DNA from: a virus
Length of the DNA: 64,000 nt
Strand: one strand, 5' to 3'
Virus record (IMG/VR): IMGVR_UViG_3300045988_125802
Made by a program: the position numbers and the translations under genes
Shown here: positions 28,970 through 36,186 of the stretch, one piece after another
Layout of the letters: every line of letters begins with the position of its first letter
Position numbering within the stretch: position 1 is the first letter of the stretch
The notes under the pieces: generated by a model
The model's input: only the letters and a program-made list of their open reading frames with translations
What the model was told of the DNA's origin: nothing
Databases searched by the model: none

Positions 28970-29349
28970 TGTAATTCAAAGAGTAACAATAGTTTAAAAG
29001 AGCCATTTTCTTCATTTACGTTTGGAATAAATCTTGGATTTATCCTACCATCTATTATGACTTTACTCTTTCTTAACTTGCTCATAATTACTTGAAAGTG
29101 AGGGAGAGTGATATTACACTCTTCCCTAACTTTTCTCTTTGTATCTTCACTCATTGTAACTCTATCAAGGATATTATCATCTTTGATAACTTTACTAAGT
29201 TCATATCTATGCTTTACAAAACTTGTAATTACATCAATTTCTCTATCAGTCAATTTGTGGAAAGGATATAAAAACTCAAACCAATATCTAAAGAGTCTGC
29301 CATTTAATGAAGTAGGAATTCTTATTACATTGTCAGCTTTCCCATTCAT
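28966..29349 (-). CDS. Hypothetical protein (127 aa)
   Basis: Intact ORF with a 4-nt overlap to the next gene. Confidence 0.5.
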   Translation of the reverse strand: MNGKADNVIRIPTSLNGRLFRYWFEFLYPFHKLTDREIDVITSFVKHRYELSKVIKDDNILDRVTMSEDTKRKVREECNITLPHFQVIMSKLRKSKVIIDGRINPRFIPNVNEENGSFKLLLLFELQ

Positions 29350-29358
29350 ATAATTAAT

Positions 29359-29676
29359 TTACTCCTCTGGTTTATCTTTATTTTCTGTAGTACTTTCCTC
29401 TTTTGGAATGGTCATTAGCTCTTCGATTTCAGCGGTACATCTGCTTACAAATGACTCAGTAAAATTGGATTTATTTACTACTACTTTAAACAGACATTCT
29501 AATCTCTTGAAGGCGTTACTTACATTAGCTTCTTGCAATTTTGCATATAGCTGCCTGACTTGTTCACTTAATTGATGGGCAACATTTTCTAGCTGTTCAT
29601 AGGTCAATTTTTCAGATTTATTATCAGTAGATTTGATATTTTCTGAACCTGTTTTTACTTCTTTATTCTCTTCCAT
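29359..29676 (-). CDS. Hypothetical acidic coiled-coil protein (105 aa)
   Basis: Intact ORF. Confidence 0.5.
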   Translation of the reverse strand: MEENKEVKTGSENIKSTDNKSEKLTYEQLENVAHQLSEQVRQLYAKLQEANVSNAFKRLECLFKVVVNKSNFTESFVSRCTAEIEELMTIPKEESTTENKDKPEE

Positions 29677-29899
29677 TCTTTTTAATTATTAAAGGTTTAC
29701 CATATTTTTTCTTGTATATTTCCTCCCAAGATTCTATATCAGTAGAATCTATGTTAGTAGATCCGCACTCATCACAATAATCTATGTTATCCTCAAGTAT
29801 TACAATCTTTAGTGATAAACAGTTTTTACAGTAAGCTACTGGAATTGAATTATAATCTTCATTGGAGTCATTTCCACTTATATTATTTGAGATTTTCAT
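29663..29899 (-). CDS. Zinc-ribbon protein (78 aa)
   Basis: CKNC...17 residues...CDEC forms a four-Cys ribbon. Confidence 0.5.
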   Translation of the reverse strand: MKISNNISGNDSNEDYNSIPVAYCKNCLSLKIVILEDNIDYCDECGSTNIDSTDIESWEEIYKKKYGKPLIIKKNGRE

Positions 29900-30161
29900 A
29901 AATTCGCTTCTTTAATTCATTAGTATACCTACTGCACACTTCCTTTCTCTTGCTTGTATTAGCTCTATTATTAAAAGGTCTTTTTGGTGCAATATACCCA
30001 TCACTAGTTATATCTCCTCTATTTATAGCTCTTCTTACTGACCTAAACTTATTGACTCCATAATAGGTAATTAAACGTAAAGGTCTATTATCTTTTATAT
30101 AGTTCTCAAACTCCTCTTGATTCATTAAGTCTCTTTCAATTTTCTTTCTCTCCTCTTCCAT
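29883..30161 (-). CDS. Hypothetical basic protein (92 aa)
   Basis: Intact ORF. Confidence 0.45.
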   Translation of the reverse strand: MEEERKKIERDLMNQEEFENYIKDNRPLRLITYYGVNKFRSVRRAINRGDITSDGYIAPKRPFNNRANTSKRKEVCSRYTNELKKRIYENLK

Positions 30162-30169
30162 ATATAATA

Positions 30170-30379
30170 CTATATCAGTGCTCTATAAAATACTAGAATA
30201 AATTGATTACTCTCTCTCAATAGAGAGACAATATCTTCTTTTTTTATTCCCTTCTCATTAGAGATTTTTACAATTTCTCTAATTGTACTAGAGGTTACTA
30301 CATCCATAACTTTATGGACTGACTTATCATTATAAGTCCTTACAGTTTTGGTTAATTTATTCTCTTTATTCCCTTCCAT
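30170..30379 (-). CDS. Hypothetical protein (69 aa)
   Basis: Intact ORF, first CDS downstream of the tRNA array. Confidence 0.45.
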   Translation of the reverse strand: MEGNKENKLTKTVRTYNDKSVHKVMDVVTSSTIREIVKISNEKGIKKEDIVSLLRESNQFILVFYRALI

Positions 30380-30414
30380 ACTTAAAAATGGAAAATAAAT
30401 TTAACAATTTATTG

Positions 30415-30485
30415 AGGCTCCTATCAGAGTTGAACTGATATTACTGGGTTACAAATCCAGCCTTCTACCATTGAAGTAAGGAGCC
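30415..30485 (-). tRNA. tRNA-Thr (anticodon TGT)
   Basis: The rc folds as GGCTCCT-TA-CTTC-AATGGTA-GAAG-G-CTGGA-TTTGTAA-CCCAG-TAAT-ATCAG-TTCAACT-CTGAT-AGGAGCC-T. There is one A.C mismatch at the base of the anticodon loop. Confidence 0.8.
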
Positions 30486-30489
30486 ATTG

Positions 30490-30573
30490 TAGCTTAAGAG
30501 GGACTCGAACCCTCACAGCCTCAATGGCCAAAGGATTTTAAGTCCTTCGTGTCTACCATTCCACCATTAAGCC
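30490..30573 (-). tRNA. tRNA-Leu (anticodon TAA), type II
   Basis: The rc folds as GGCTTAA-TG-GTGG-AATGGTAG-ACAC-G-AAGGA-CTTAAAA-TCCTT-(16-nt variable arm)-GAGGG-TTCGAGT-CCCTC-TTAAGCT-A. Confidence 0.85.
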
Positions 30574-30579
30574 ATCACC

Positions 30580-31026
30580 TTAATAAGGTCTATTATCACA
30601 GAGTTCAAACAAGTACTTATATTTTAAAATATTGTGAATGAATGTCTCACATTCAGATCTAATACCTACATATATAATATCTCCAGGTATTTTTTCATAA
30701 AAGTCTAAAGTACCATTTCTTACTTCTTTAATAAAGTCTATAGCATTTAACTTATCACTTAGAATCCCCTTGATAGAATTAGGTTGCATCTTCCCCAAAA
30801 TGCCCATATACTCTTCAGCTAAACTATCTTGGTAGTCTGATAATACATCAAGAAATTCATCAAGATATACATGTATATTCTTTTTAGGTGCTGCCCAATG
30901 CAAATTCTTACATTTAGTTTTCCACCCTTCAAGTTGATTCAAGAAGTCAATAAAGAACAGAGAGCTGGATACTTCTGTACTTCTGCTTGTCTCCATTGGA
31001 GTAAATAGGTTATCTTCTTCAAACAT
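30580..31026 (-). CDS. Dps/ferritin-like four-helix-bundle protein candidate (148 aa)
   Basis: CKNLHWAAPKKNIHVYLDEFLDVLSDYQDSLAEEYMGILG parallels Dps (..HW....G.nF..vH..lDe.......D.iAER...lG), including the His, His, Asp and Glu ferroxidase positions. Confidence 0.5.
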   Translation of the reverse strand: MFEEDNLFTPMETSRSTEVSSSLFFIDFLNQLEGWKTKCKNLHWAAPKKNIHVYLDEFLDVLSDYQDSLAEEYMGILGKMQPNSIKGILSDKLNAIDFIKEVRNGTLDFYEKIPGDIIYVGIRSECETFIHNILKYKYLFELCDNRPY

Positions 31027-31046
31027 ATTTCCTTATTTTAGTATTG

Positions 31047-31054
31047 CAAAGTTA
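31047..31054 (-). promoter_or_regulatory. Bacteroidetes-type -7 promoter element TAACTTTG
   Basis: The rc of caaagtta lies about 21 nt upstream of the ATG at 31026. Confidence 0.4.
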
Positions 31055-31114
31055 AGTAAAATAATTGGGATTATCAATCAATTTCCTAATTATTTTCATA
31101 TTATTTTTTTTTAG

Positions 31115-31195
31115 TACCCCCTGCAAGACTCGAACTTGCAATGCCAAAGCAACTGGTTCTAAGCCAGTCATGTCTACCAATTCCATCAAGAGGGC
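31115..31195 (-). tRNA. tRNA-Leu (anticodon TAG), type II
   Basis: The rc folds as GCCCTCT-TG-ATGG-AATTGGTAG-ACAT-G-ACTGG-CTTAGAA-CCAGT-(12-nt variable)-GCAAG-TTCGAGT-CTTGC-AGGGGGT-A. Confidence 0.85.
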
Positions 31196-31201
31196 ACATT
31201 G

Positions 31202-31275
31202 TGTTTCCACTTGGGCTTGAACCAAGGACCCCCTGATTATGAGTCAGATGCTCTAACCAACTGAGCTATGGAAAC
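31202..31275 (-). tRNA. tRNA with CAT anticodon (Met, or Ile if lysidinylated)
   Basis: The rc folds as GTTTCCA-TA-GCTC-AGTTGGTTA-GAGC-A-TCTGA-CTCATAA-TCAGG-GGGTC-CTTGG-TTCAAGC-CCAAG-TGGAAAC-A. Confidence 0.85.
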
Positions 31276-31330
31276 ATTATTTCCTTTTGTTGATATATGG
31301 TATATACCTCAACTACTCTTTTATTTATAG

Positions 31331-31402
31331 CTGCCACAGTAGATTCCGACACTACAACCTTTTGATTAACAGTCAAATGCTCTTCCTTTGAGCTATGTGG
31401 CA
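31331..31402 (-). tRNA. tRNA-Asn (anticodon GTT) with atypical T-loop
   Basis: The rc folds as TGCCACA-TA-GCTC-AAAGGAA-GAGC-A-TTTGA-CTGTTAA-TCAAA-AGGTT-GTAGT-GTCGGAA-TCTAC-TGTGGCA-G. The T-loop GTCGGAA lacks the usual TTC and there is one T.T mismatch in the T stem. Confidence 0.7.
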
Positions 31403-31558
31403 ATATATTACTCTCTTATTTGAGAGTAATAGCACCTTCTATAAAGAAGGTGCTATGATAATTATTAAATCAAAAATCATTAATAAAGTAGTTTCTTTAA
31501 CCTCTAACTACCAAAAAGAGGGTTCAAGCAAAAAGCTCTATATTATGAAAACATGGTG

Positions 31559-31631
31559 TGGAGAATGAGAGACTCGAACTCTAAATTTTTTCTTGCAAAG
31601 AAAACGTGTTGCCAATTACACTACAAACCCC
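31559..31631 (-). tRNA. tRNA-Ala-like (anticodon TGC), irregular acceptor stem
   Basis: The D arm (GTGT/ACAC), anticodon arm (TTTTC-TTTGCAA-GAAAA) and TTCGAGT T-loop are good. The acceptor GGGGTTT/ATTCTCC keeps G3.U70 but has two U.U mismatches and a 3-nt 8-9 linker. Confidence 0.5.
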
Positions 31632-31749
31632 ACTATGAGCCTATAAGCATAGTACTCTACTTATAGTTGTTTACTCCTTATCTATCCATAATCAATAACC
31701 CTTGTTATTGAGAAGTAATCGAAACTTCATACAGGAGGTAATCTCATAG

Positions 31750-31822
31750 TATAGTAGATAGGACTCGAACCTACATCTTCTGCATCCCAAATGCAGTACC
31801 TTACCAATTAGGCTACTACTAT
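31750..31822 (-). tRNA. tRNA-Pro (anticodon TGG)
   Basis: The rc folds as ATAGTAG-TA-GCCT-AATTGGTA-AGGT-A-CTGCA-TTTGGGA-TGCAG-AAGAT-GTAGG-TTCGAGT-CCTAT-CTACTAT-A. Confidence 0.85.
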
Positions 31823-31830
31823 ATATACTG

Positions 31831-31916
31831 CGGAGAGATGAGGTCCCGACCCCCAAACAATTTTATTGTTCCCATTGTTTTCAAGACAAGTCTCAGTCCT
31901 ACTGAGTTATCTCTCC
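31831..31916 (-). tRNA. tRNA-Ser (anticodon TGA), type II, atypical T-loop
   Basis: The rc folds as GGAGAGA-TA-ACTC..TGAG-A-CTTGT-CTTGAAA-ACAAT-(18-nt variable hairpin AACAAT/ATTGTT)-TGGGG-GTCGGGA-CCTCA-TCTCTCC-G. Confidence 0.75.
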
Positions 31917-31968
31917 ATTTGCCTACCTACCTCTGTAGGATAGGACTTTAGTAGAGTAGATAGATTAG

Positions 31969-32041
31969 CAGAGTGTGGGAGAATTGAACTCCAATCTCTT
32001 GATTGACAGTCAAGCACATTAACCACTATGCTACACACTCT
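31969..32041 (-). tRNA. tRNA-Asp (anticodon GTC)
   Basis: The rc shows acceptor AGAGTGT/ACACTCT, D arm GCAT-AGTGGTTA-ATGT, anticodon arm CTTGA-CTGTCAA-TCAAG and T arm TGGAG-TTCAATT-CTCCC. There is a one-nucleotide register ambiguity at positions 8-10. Confidence 0.7.
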
Positions 32042-32097
32042 AAATTATAAAAACTATTATAAGATTTCCTAAAACCAATCTTCCTTGGATTACATTA

Positions 32098-32105
32098 CAA
32101 ATGTA
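32098..32105 (-). promoter_or_regulatory. Bacteroidetes-type -7 element TACATTTG upstream of the tRNA array
   Basis: The rc of caaatgta lies about 57 nt upstream of the first tRNA (Asp). Confidence 0.3.
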
Positions 32106-32209
32106 AGTATAATATTTGAATTATGCAATCTTTTCTTCAATTACTTTTCAACTTAAATATCATTCTCTTGTCTTGAAGACATATAAAAGAATTGATTTCT
32201 AGGTTTGAT

Positions 32210-32620
32210 CTATATTCTCTTTGGGTTAAGACCTGCTAGCCTGTTAGCCCAAGTCTCAGCATAAAACTTGAAGTAGTTCCATTTAATTCCTACCTTACTA
32301 CATAGGTAATATGCTATGTTATGTAGTAATGATGGGATTACTATTACTATCAAATATAGTGGGCCTAATATATCAGATTGTTTACTGTGCCCACATTTAT
32401 GTCTCATAGATTCTTCTGATATAGGACCATTGATGAAGATATAATCTCCTAGAGGTATACATGAAGGTAAAATATTACTCAATATAATAATATTGCCATC
32501 TACTATACCACATCTATATGCAGTTTGACATAATATACCTTCTATACATAAAGCAAGTATATTCTGTGGTAATTGCCATAACCATTTGATTGAATCCTTG
32601 ATATAATCTGTAACTCTCAT
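32210..32620 (-). CDS. Hypothetical membrane-associated protein (136 aa); first gene of the leftward block
   Basis: Intact ORF with the hydrophobic segment GPLYLIVIVIPSLLHNIAYYLC and a conserved-looking RHKCGHSKQSDILGPLY segment. Confidence 0.5.
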   Translation of the reverse strand: MRVTDYIKDSIKWLWQLPQNILALCIEGILCQTAYRCGIVDGNIIILSNILPSCIPLGDYIFINGPISEESMRHKCGHSKQSDILGPLYLIVIVIPSLLHNIAYYLCSKVGIKWNYFKFYAETWANRLAGLNPKRI

Positions 32621-33148
32621 TTTTATATAAAATATCCCTGGAATTTTCTTTTAGAGAAAAAAAAAAGAAAATTCAAAGACTAATAATCTTCTCATTCAAT
32701 TACTAACTTCATTAAGCCCGTTCTTTTAATACCCCTAAAGTGTGATTCCCTGTGCTTTTTCTCAGATAGATGCGCTCACACAACTTAATTTATATAGTAA
32801 TCATTTTAGTAGTATCGGGGACAACCTCAAGAACTATGTAAAAGTGTTCTCTACTAACCCGACTTCTGACCCATTACTTTTTTACCTCGTGGGTGATAGG
32901 TATATCTATCTATACCTCTACTAGGGCACAAAGATATGTAAAAAATTTGATATATGCAAATATATAAATAAAAAAGAATTATTGAGATAAGAATTTTTTT
33001 TTTGAAATTTTTTTTTCTAATTTTTTTTTCTTGGTATTTACAGAAGTGGTAGATACACCAACCACACCCTCCCCATCACTTAGCCCAAGGGGGTCCTACC
33101 CCCGTAGCTAAAACAATTTCATTATTAACAAATTAACATTTTACCATT
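32621..33148. promoter_or_regulatory. Divergent intergenic control region
   Basis: 528 nt between the divergent first genes. It holds three T9-T10 tracts (32994-33003, 33008-33016, 33021-33029), an A9 tract near 32660, and the GC hairpin GGGGG-TCCTA-CCCCC at 33089-33103. Confidence 0.5.
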
Positions 33149-33409
33149 ATGGAAAAGAATTTAGTATTCAATGACACTCTGACAGTAGAGCAGTTCAAGG
33201 CACAAATGAATGTATCACGCATTGATGTGAAGAAGAATCCCAAGACAGGCAAGCTCTTCTTCACCTATGGTGCAAAGACAGGTGCAGTTGCAGTCAAAGG
33301 CATTCCACAGCATCCAATGCTGAGCAATGTCACTGGCTCTGATGGTTCTAACTTCTGGCTTCTGCATGAGGAAGGTCAGGGAGGTGCACCTGTATTGGCA
33401 AGCTTCTAA
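33149..33409 (+). CDS. Hypothetical small protein (86 aa); first gene of the rightward block
   Basis: Intact ORF, visibly more GC-rich than its surroundings. The antisense ORF 33215..33457 is rejected. Confidence 0.6.
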   Translation: MEKNLVFNDTLTVEQFKAQMNVSRIDVKKNPKTGKLFFTYGAKTGAVAVKGIPQHPMLSNVTGSDGSNFWLLHEEGQGGAPVLASF

Positions 33410-33694
33410 GGGATTGCAGGCTTTATGCCTGCTTTCCTTTTTATTTCCTCTAAGCATTAATAGTGTTTAATCCTTTGAACATTAATAGTATTTGTGTGTA
33501 AAAGTTATATGAGTAAGCATTAGTATGCTCTTAGTATAACTCCAAGATATGTTACACATTATATTATATGTAATAGGATTTAACCCTGTTAGTGTATGGA
33601 GTGAGATAAGATGTGCTCTATTTACATCTCTTCCTGACAAGAGGATTAGAGAGGTAAGTAGAGTATTTAGAAGTTCAGTTCATTGAGTAAGTAG

Positions 33695-33746
33695 GATAGG
33701 ATAATAGAGTGTGGAATACACTTTATATCCTATCTCCTTTGTTTTG
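33695..33746 (+). terminator. Hairpin plus T-rich tail (terminator-like)
   Basis: GATAGGATA (33695-33703) pairs with TATCCTATC (33726-33734). An inner AGTGT/ACACT pairing is present. The hairpin is followed by tcctttgttttg. Confidence 0.4.
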
Positions 33747-33756
33747 TGAGATAGTA

Positions 33757-33836
33757 CTGACATTTTGTCAGTCTGTCATTAATCTATAACTTGTTGATTT
33801 ATTGAGAGTTAATAACATAAACTGACAAAATGTCAG
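33757..33836. promoter_or_regulatory. Pair of 6-3-6 palindromic operator-like sites
   Basis: CTGACA-TTT-TGTCAG lies at 33757-33771 and its exact complement orientation CTGACA-AAA-TGTCAG at 33822-33836. Extra half-sites occur at 33643-33648 (ctgaca), in 33771-33780 (tgtcat) and in 33837-33848 (atgaca). Confidence 0.45.
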
Positions 33837-33978
33837 GTGTATGACATTATAACACCCTCCCACAAATACCTCTCATCAAAATCACAGTCAGTAAAACAAT
33901 TATTCAATAATATATGACTGTTTTTACTATTACAGTGATTACGTATATACTTTTGTTAAGCCTTATGATGATTAAACT

Positions 33979-34191
33979 ATGGCAAGAAAACATACATATC
34001 ACCGAGAAAACTGTGACTGTTTTGTAAGAGAAGTCATAGTAGATGTCTATGGAAGAACAATAGTTCTGGGTGGACAACATGCCTTTGAATGGTCTATAAC
34101 TATTCACACAAGAGAAAGAATAGTAAAGACTGTTTATCCTAATGGCAGAGAAGCAAGAAAAGAGTTCTACAAATATAAAAGAAAGAAGTGA
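33979..34191 (+). CDS. Hypothetical small basic protein (70 aa)
   Basis: Intact ORF that begins a chain of stop/start-overlapping small ORFs. Confidence 0.5.
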   Translation: MARKHTYHRENCDCFVREVIVDVYGRTIVLGGQHAFEWSITIHTRERIVKTVYPNGREARKEFYKYKRKK

Positions 34192-34283
34192 TGGATTTAT
34201 TCATATACTTATTAGTAGGCTTACCATTAAGCCTACTCTTTCTTTATATCATATTTGATGCAGTAAATGGAGATAACAAATGA
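34191..34283 (+). CDS. Possible 30-aa hydrophobic peptide
   Basis: MDLFIYLLVGLPLSLLFLYIIFDAVNGDNK. Its ATG overlaps the upstream TGA (TGATG) and its TGA overlaps the next ATG (ATGA). It is below the ORF-track size cutoff. Confidence 0.35.
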   Translation: MDLFIYLLVGLPLSLLFLYIIFDAVNGDNK

Positions 34284-34537
34284 AATACATTCTATTATTA
34301 CTATCAATTATGGTATGTTCTTGTGGACCACAGGAGCCATTTGAAGAACAGAGAGAAACAACAAAAGTAGATTCAAGTTATTACTTTAGAAATATGGCAG
34401 AATTAGAACTTGAAACACAGCAAGTGGTAGAAGAATCCATTGCTTGTGACTATGGCAAACAGTTTACATGTCCTAACTGTGGTGAGCCTTTTGATGGACA
34501 TGAGTGTGAGAATTGTAAATACACAGAAGAAAGATGA
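34280..34537 (+). CDS. Lipoprotein-like small protein with C-terminal Cys4 ribbon (85 aa)
   Basis: Signal peptide plus lipobox-like MKYILLLLSIMVCSCG. C-terminal CPNCGEPFDGHECENC. Confidence 0.55.
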   Translation: MKYILLLLSIMVCSCGPQEPFEEQRETTKVDSSYYFRNMAELELETQQVVEESIACDYGKQFTCPNCGEPFDGHECENCKYTEER

Positions 34538-34773
34538 AAAGATTCAAGCTTATACTTAAAGGAGTGTTACTATGGGTAACAGCCTTTGCAGTTATGCTCT
34601 TCATATCAGGAGTAGATAGCATTTATGACAATGGATATTTCATACACTCAATCATTGTGTGTGTAGTATTATGTTATACTTGCTATAAGCTAATATCTGA
34701 AGAGGAATTTGAAATATTGACTCTCTATAAATGGTTTAACAAAATAACAGGAGAAGAATCATGCGAACAATAA
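34534..34773 (+). CDS. Small two-pass membrane protein (79 aa)
   Basis: Hydrophobic spans GVLLWVTAFAVMLFISG and SIIVCVVLCYTCYKLI. ATGA overlap with the upstream gene. Confidence 0.55.
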   Translation: MKRFKLILKGVLLWVTAFAVMLFISGVDSIYDNGYFIHSIIVCVVLCYTCYKLISEEEFEILTLYKWFNKITGEESCEQ

Positions 34774-35522
34774 TTGTAGTTTTCACAGACAGGAAGGTAT
34801 CTCTCAATGAGGTATCTTCCTACAAGAAGTATAAATTCTTATGCAACTATGATACTATATCTCTCTATGATATGGTAGAAGACCCAAGATATACTGGTAA
34901 GATGATGGTAGTAGGGTTTACTTGTGATACTGATAGAGTTCAACAAGGAATGACACTGAAAGACATCTATATTACCAAGGTAAATGGACAAGTTATCAAT
35001 CAGCCTGCTGGATTGGTTAATGGTAGCTTAGCAGGAAGTGATTTTGACATTGACAAACAAAGAACAAGCAACATGGAAGAGAAAAGAAATATCAAGGTAA
35101 CACTTGAACAGGCAATGGAGTGGTATAATAGTGGTAATAGTACATTGCGTACATTAGCATTGAGTGCATATACTGAGGATGAATTGAAGTTCAATCTCAA
35201 GTACATCAACAGCAAGGTATGCAATACATGCTTTTGTGCCAGTGTTCCTGCTAATGAAGCAGAGAAGTACAATACACTTGCAGACTTGGCAATCATTGCT
35301 AAGTTCTTCAATGGCTCTTGGAAGAAAACCACAAACAATACAGGATATTTCCTTGGCAATTTCAATGCTGAATATGGTCCTGTAGTTGATACTTGTAATG
35401 GTGTTAGTGTATATCAACACAATACTGTACAGTATGCAGGTGTTGTGTATTTCAGGAATCAAGAAGATGCAATCAAAGCAATCAAGATTTTGGGTAAAAG
35501 AGTAAAGAGTCTATTTGATTAA
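34761..35522 (+). CDS. Hypothetical protein (253 aa)
   Basis: Intact ORF. No motif recognised. Confidence 0.6.
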   Translation: MRTIIVVFTDRKVSLNEVSSYKKYKFLCNYDTISLYDMVEDPRYTGKMMVVGFTCDTDRVQQGMTLKDIYITKVNGQVINQPAGLVNGSLAGSDFDIDKQRTSNMEEKRNIKVTLEQAMEWYNSGNSTLRTLALSAYTEDELKFNLKYINSKVCNTCFCASVPANEAEKYNTLADLAIIAKFFNGSWKKTTNNTGYFLGNFNAEYGPVVDTCNGVSVYQHNTVQYAGVVYFRNQEDAIKAIKILGKRVKSLFD

Positions 35523-35688
35523 AGAAAGAATATTTGCACTTAGTAAGATTGTCTATTAACTATAGCTCTGATAGATAGTCTCCTTGTGACGGGTGAAGGG
35601 AAGATAGTTCAATAATCAGGACTATTACCATTAGGGAGGATAGTAGGAAATAACAATGGAGGAATACCTACTATAAGTGCTTATAAAT

Positions 35689-35760
35689 ACTCTCATAGTT
35701 CAGTGGATAGAATAACTCTCTCCTAAAGAGTAGACACAAGTTCGAGTCTTGTTGGGAGTA
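35689..35760 (+). tRNA. tRNA-Arg (anticodon CCT)
   Basis: ACTCTCA-TA-GTTC-AGTGGATA-GAAT-A-ACTCT-CTCCTAA-AGAGT-AGAC-ACAAG-TTCGAGT-CTTGT-TGGGAGT-A. Confidence 0.8.
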
Positions 35761-35876
35761 CTGAGGTATTACTCATATAAGGTAATTTGATTGTTTTTAG
35801 GTAAAGGATTTTTAGTTCGGGTGACATATTGTCACTACAGGTCAAAGGTTCGTGAGAATATTTGACCTTTTGTGAT

Positions 35877-35950
35877 GTCTCCATAGCTCAATTGGATAGA
35901 GCAACAGACTTCTAATCTGTAGGTTGTGAGTTCGAGTCTCACTGGAGATA
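35877..35950 (+). tRNA. tRNA-Arg (anticodon TCT)
   Basis: GTCTCCA-TA-GCTC-AATTGGATA-GAGC-A-ACAGA-CTTCTAA-TCTGT-AGGTT-GTGAG-TTCGAGT-CTCAC-TGGAGAT-A. Confidence 0.85.
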
Positions 35951-36091
35951 CAATGTCTATTTAACCACTATTTCCTGACCATGCTGGGCAAAATGACTGA
36001 AAATGTGGTGCTGGTAGGTAAGCTACTGTTTCTTGTTTTAGCTTGTACTTTGTTCTTAGAAAAGAATCAAAGCAATAGGGAATCACATTGG

Positions 36092-36175
36092 GAATGTATA
36101 GCTTAATGGTAAAGCAGCGTGGTACCACTTCAAAACAATGAGAGCAAGATGTAGGTTCAACTCCTACTACATTCC
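36092..36175 (+). ncRNA. tRNA-shaped element (84 nt) without a foldable anticodon arm
   Basis: There is a perfect 7-bp acceptor GAATGTA/TACATTC, a D arm GCTT-AATGGTA-AAGC and a T arm GTAGG-TTCAACT-CCTAC. The 35-nt middle (agcgtggtaccacttcaaaacaatgagagcaagat) gives no 5-bp anticodon stem by hand. Confidence 0.4.
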
Positions 36176-36186
36176 TATCTTATAAT

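Noticed and set aside
33215-33457. 80-aa minus-strand ORF opposite 33149..33409
   Set aside because: It is antisense to the first rightward gene and would need a promoter inside the rightward block. Its C/R/H-rich translation reflects the reverse complement of a GC-richer gene.
35000-35462. Minus-strand ORFs 35000..35365 and 35154..35462
   Set aside because: They are antisense to 34761..35522 and have no signals.
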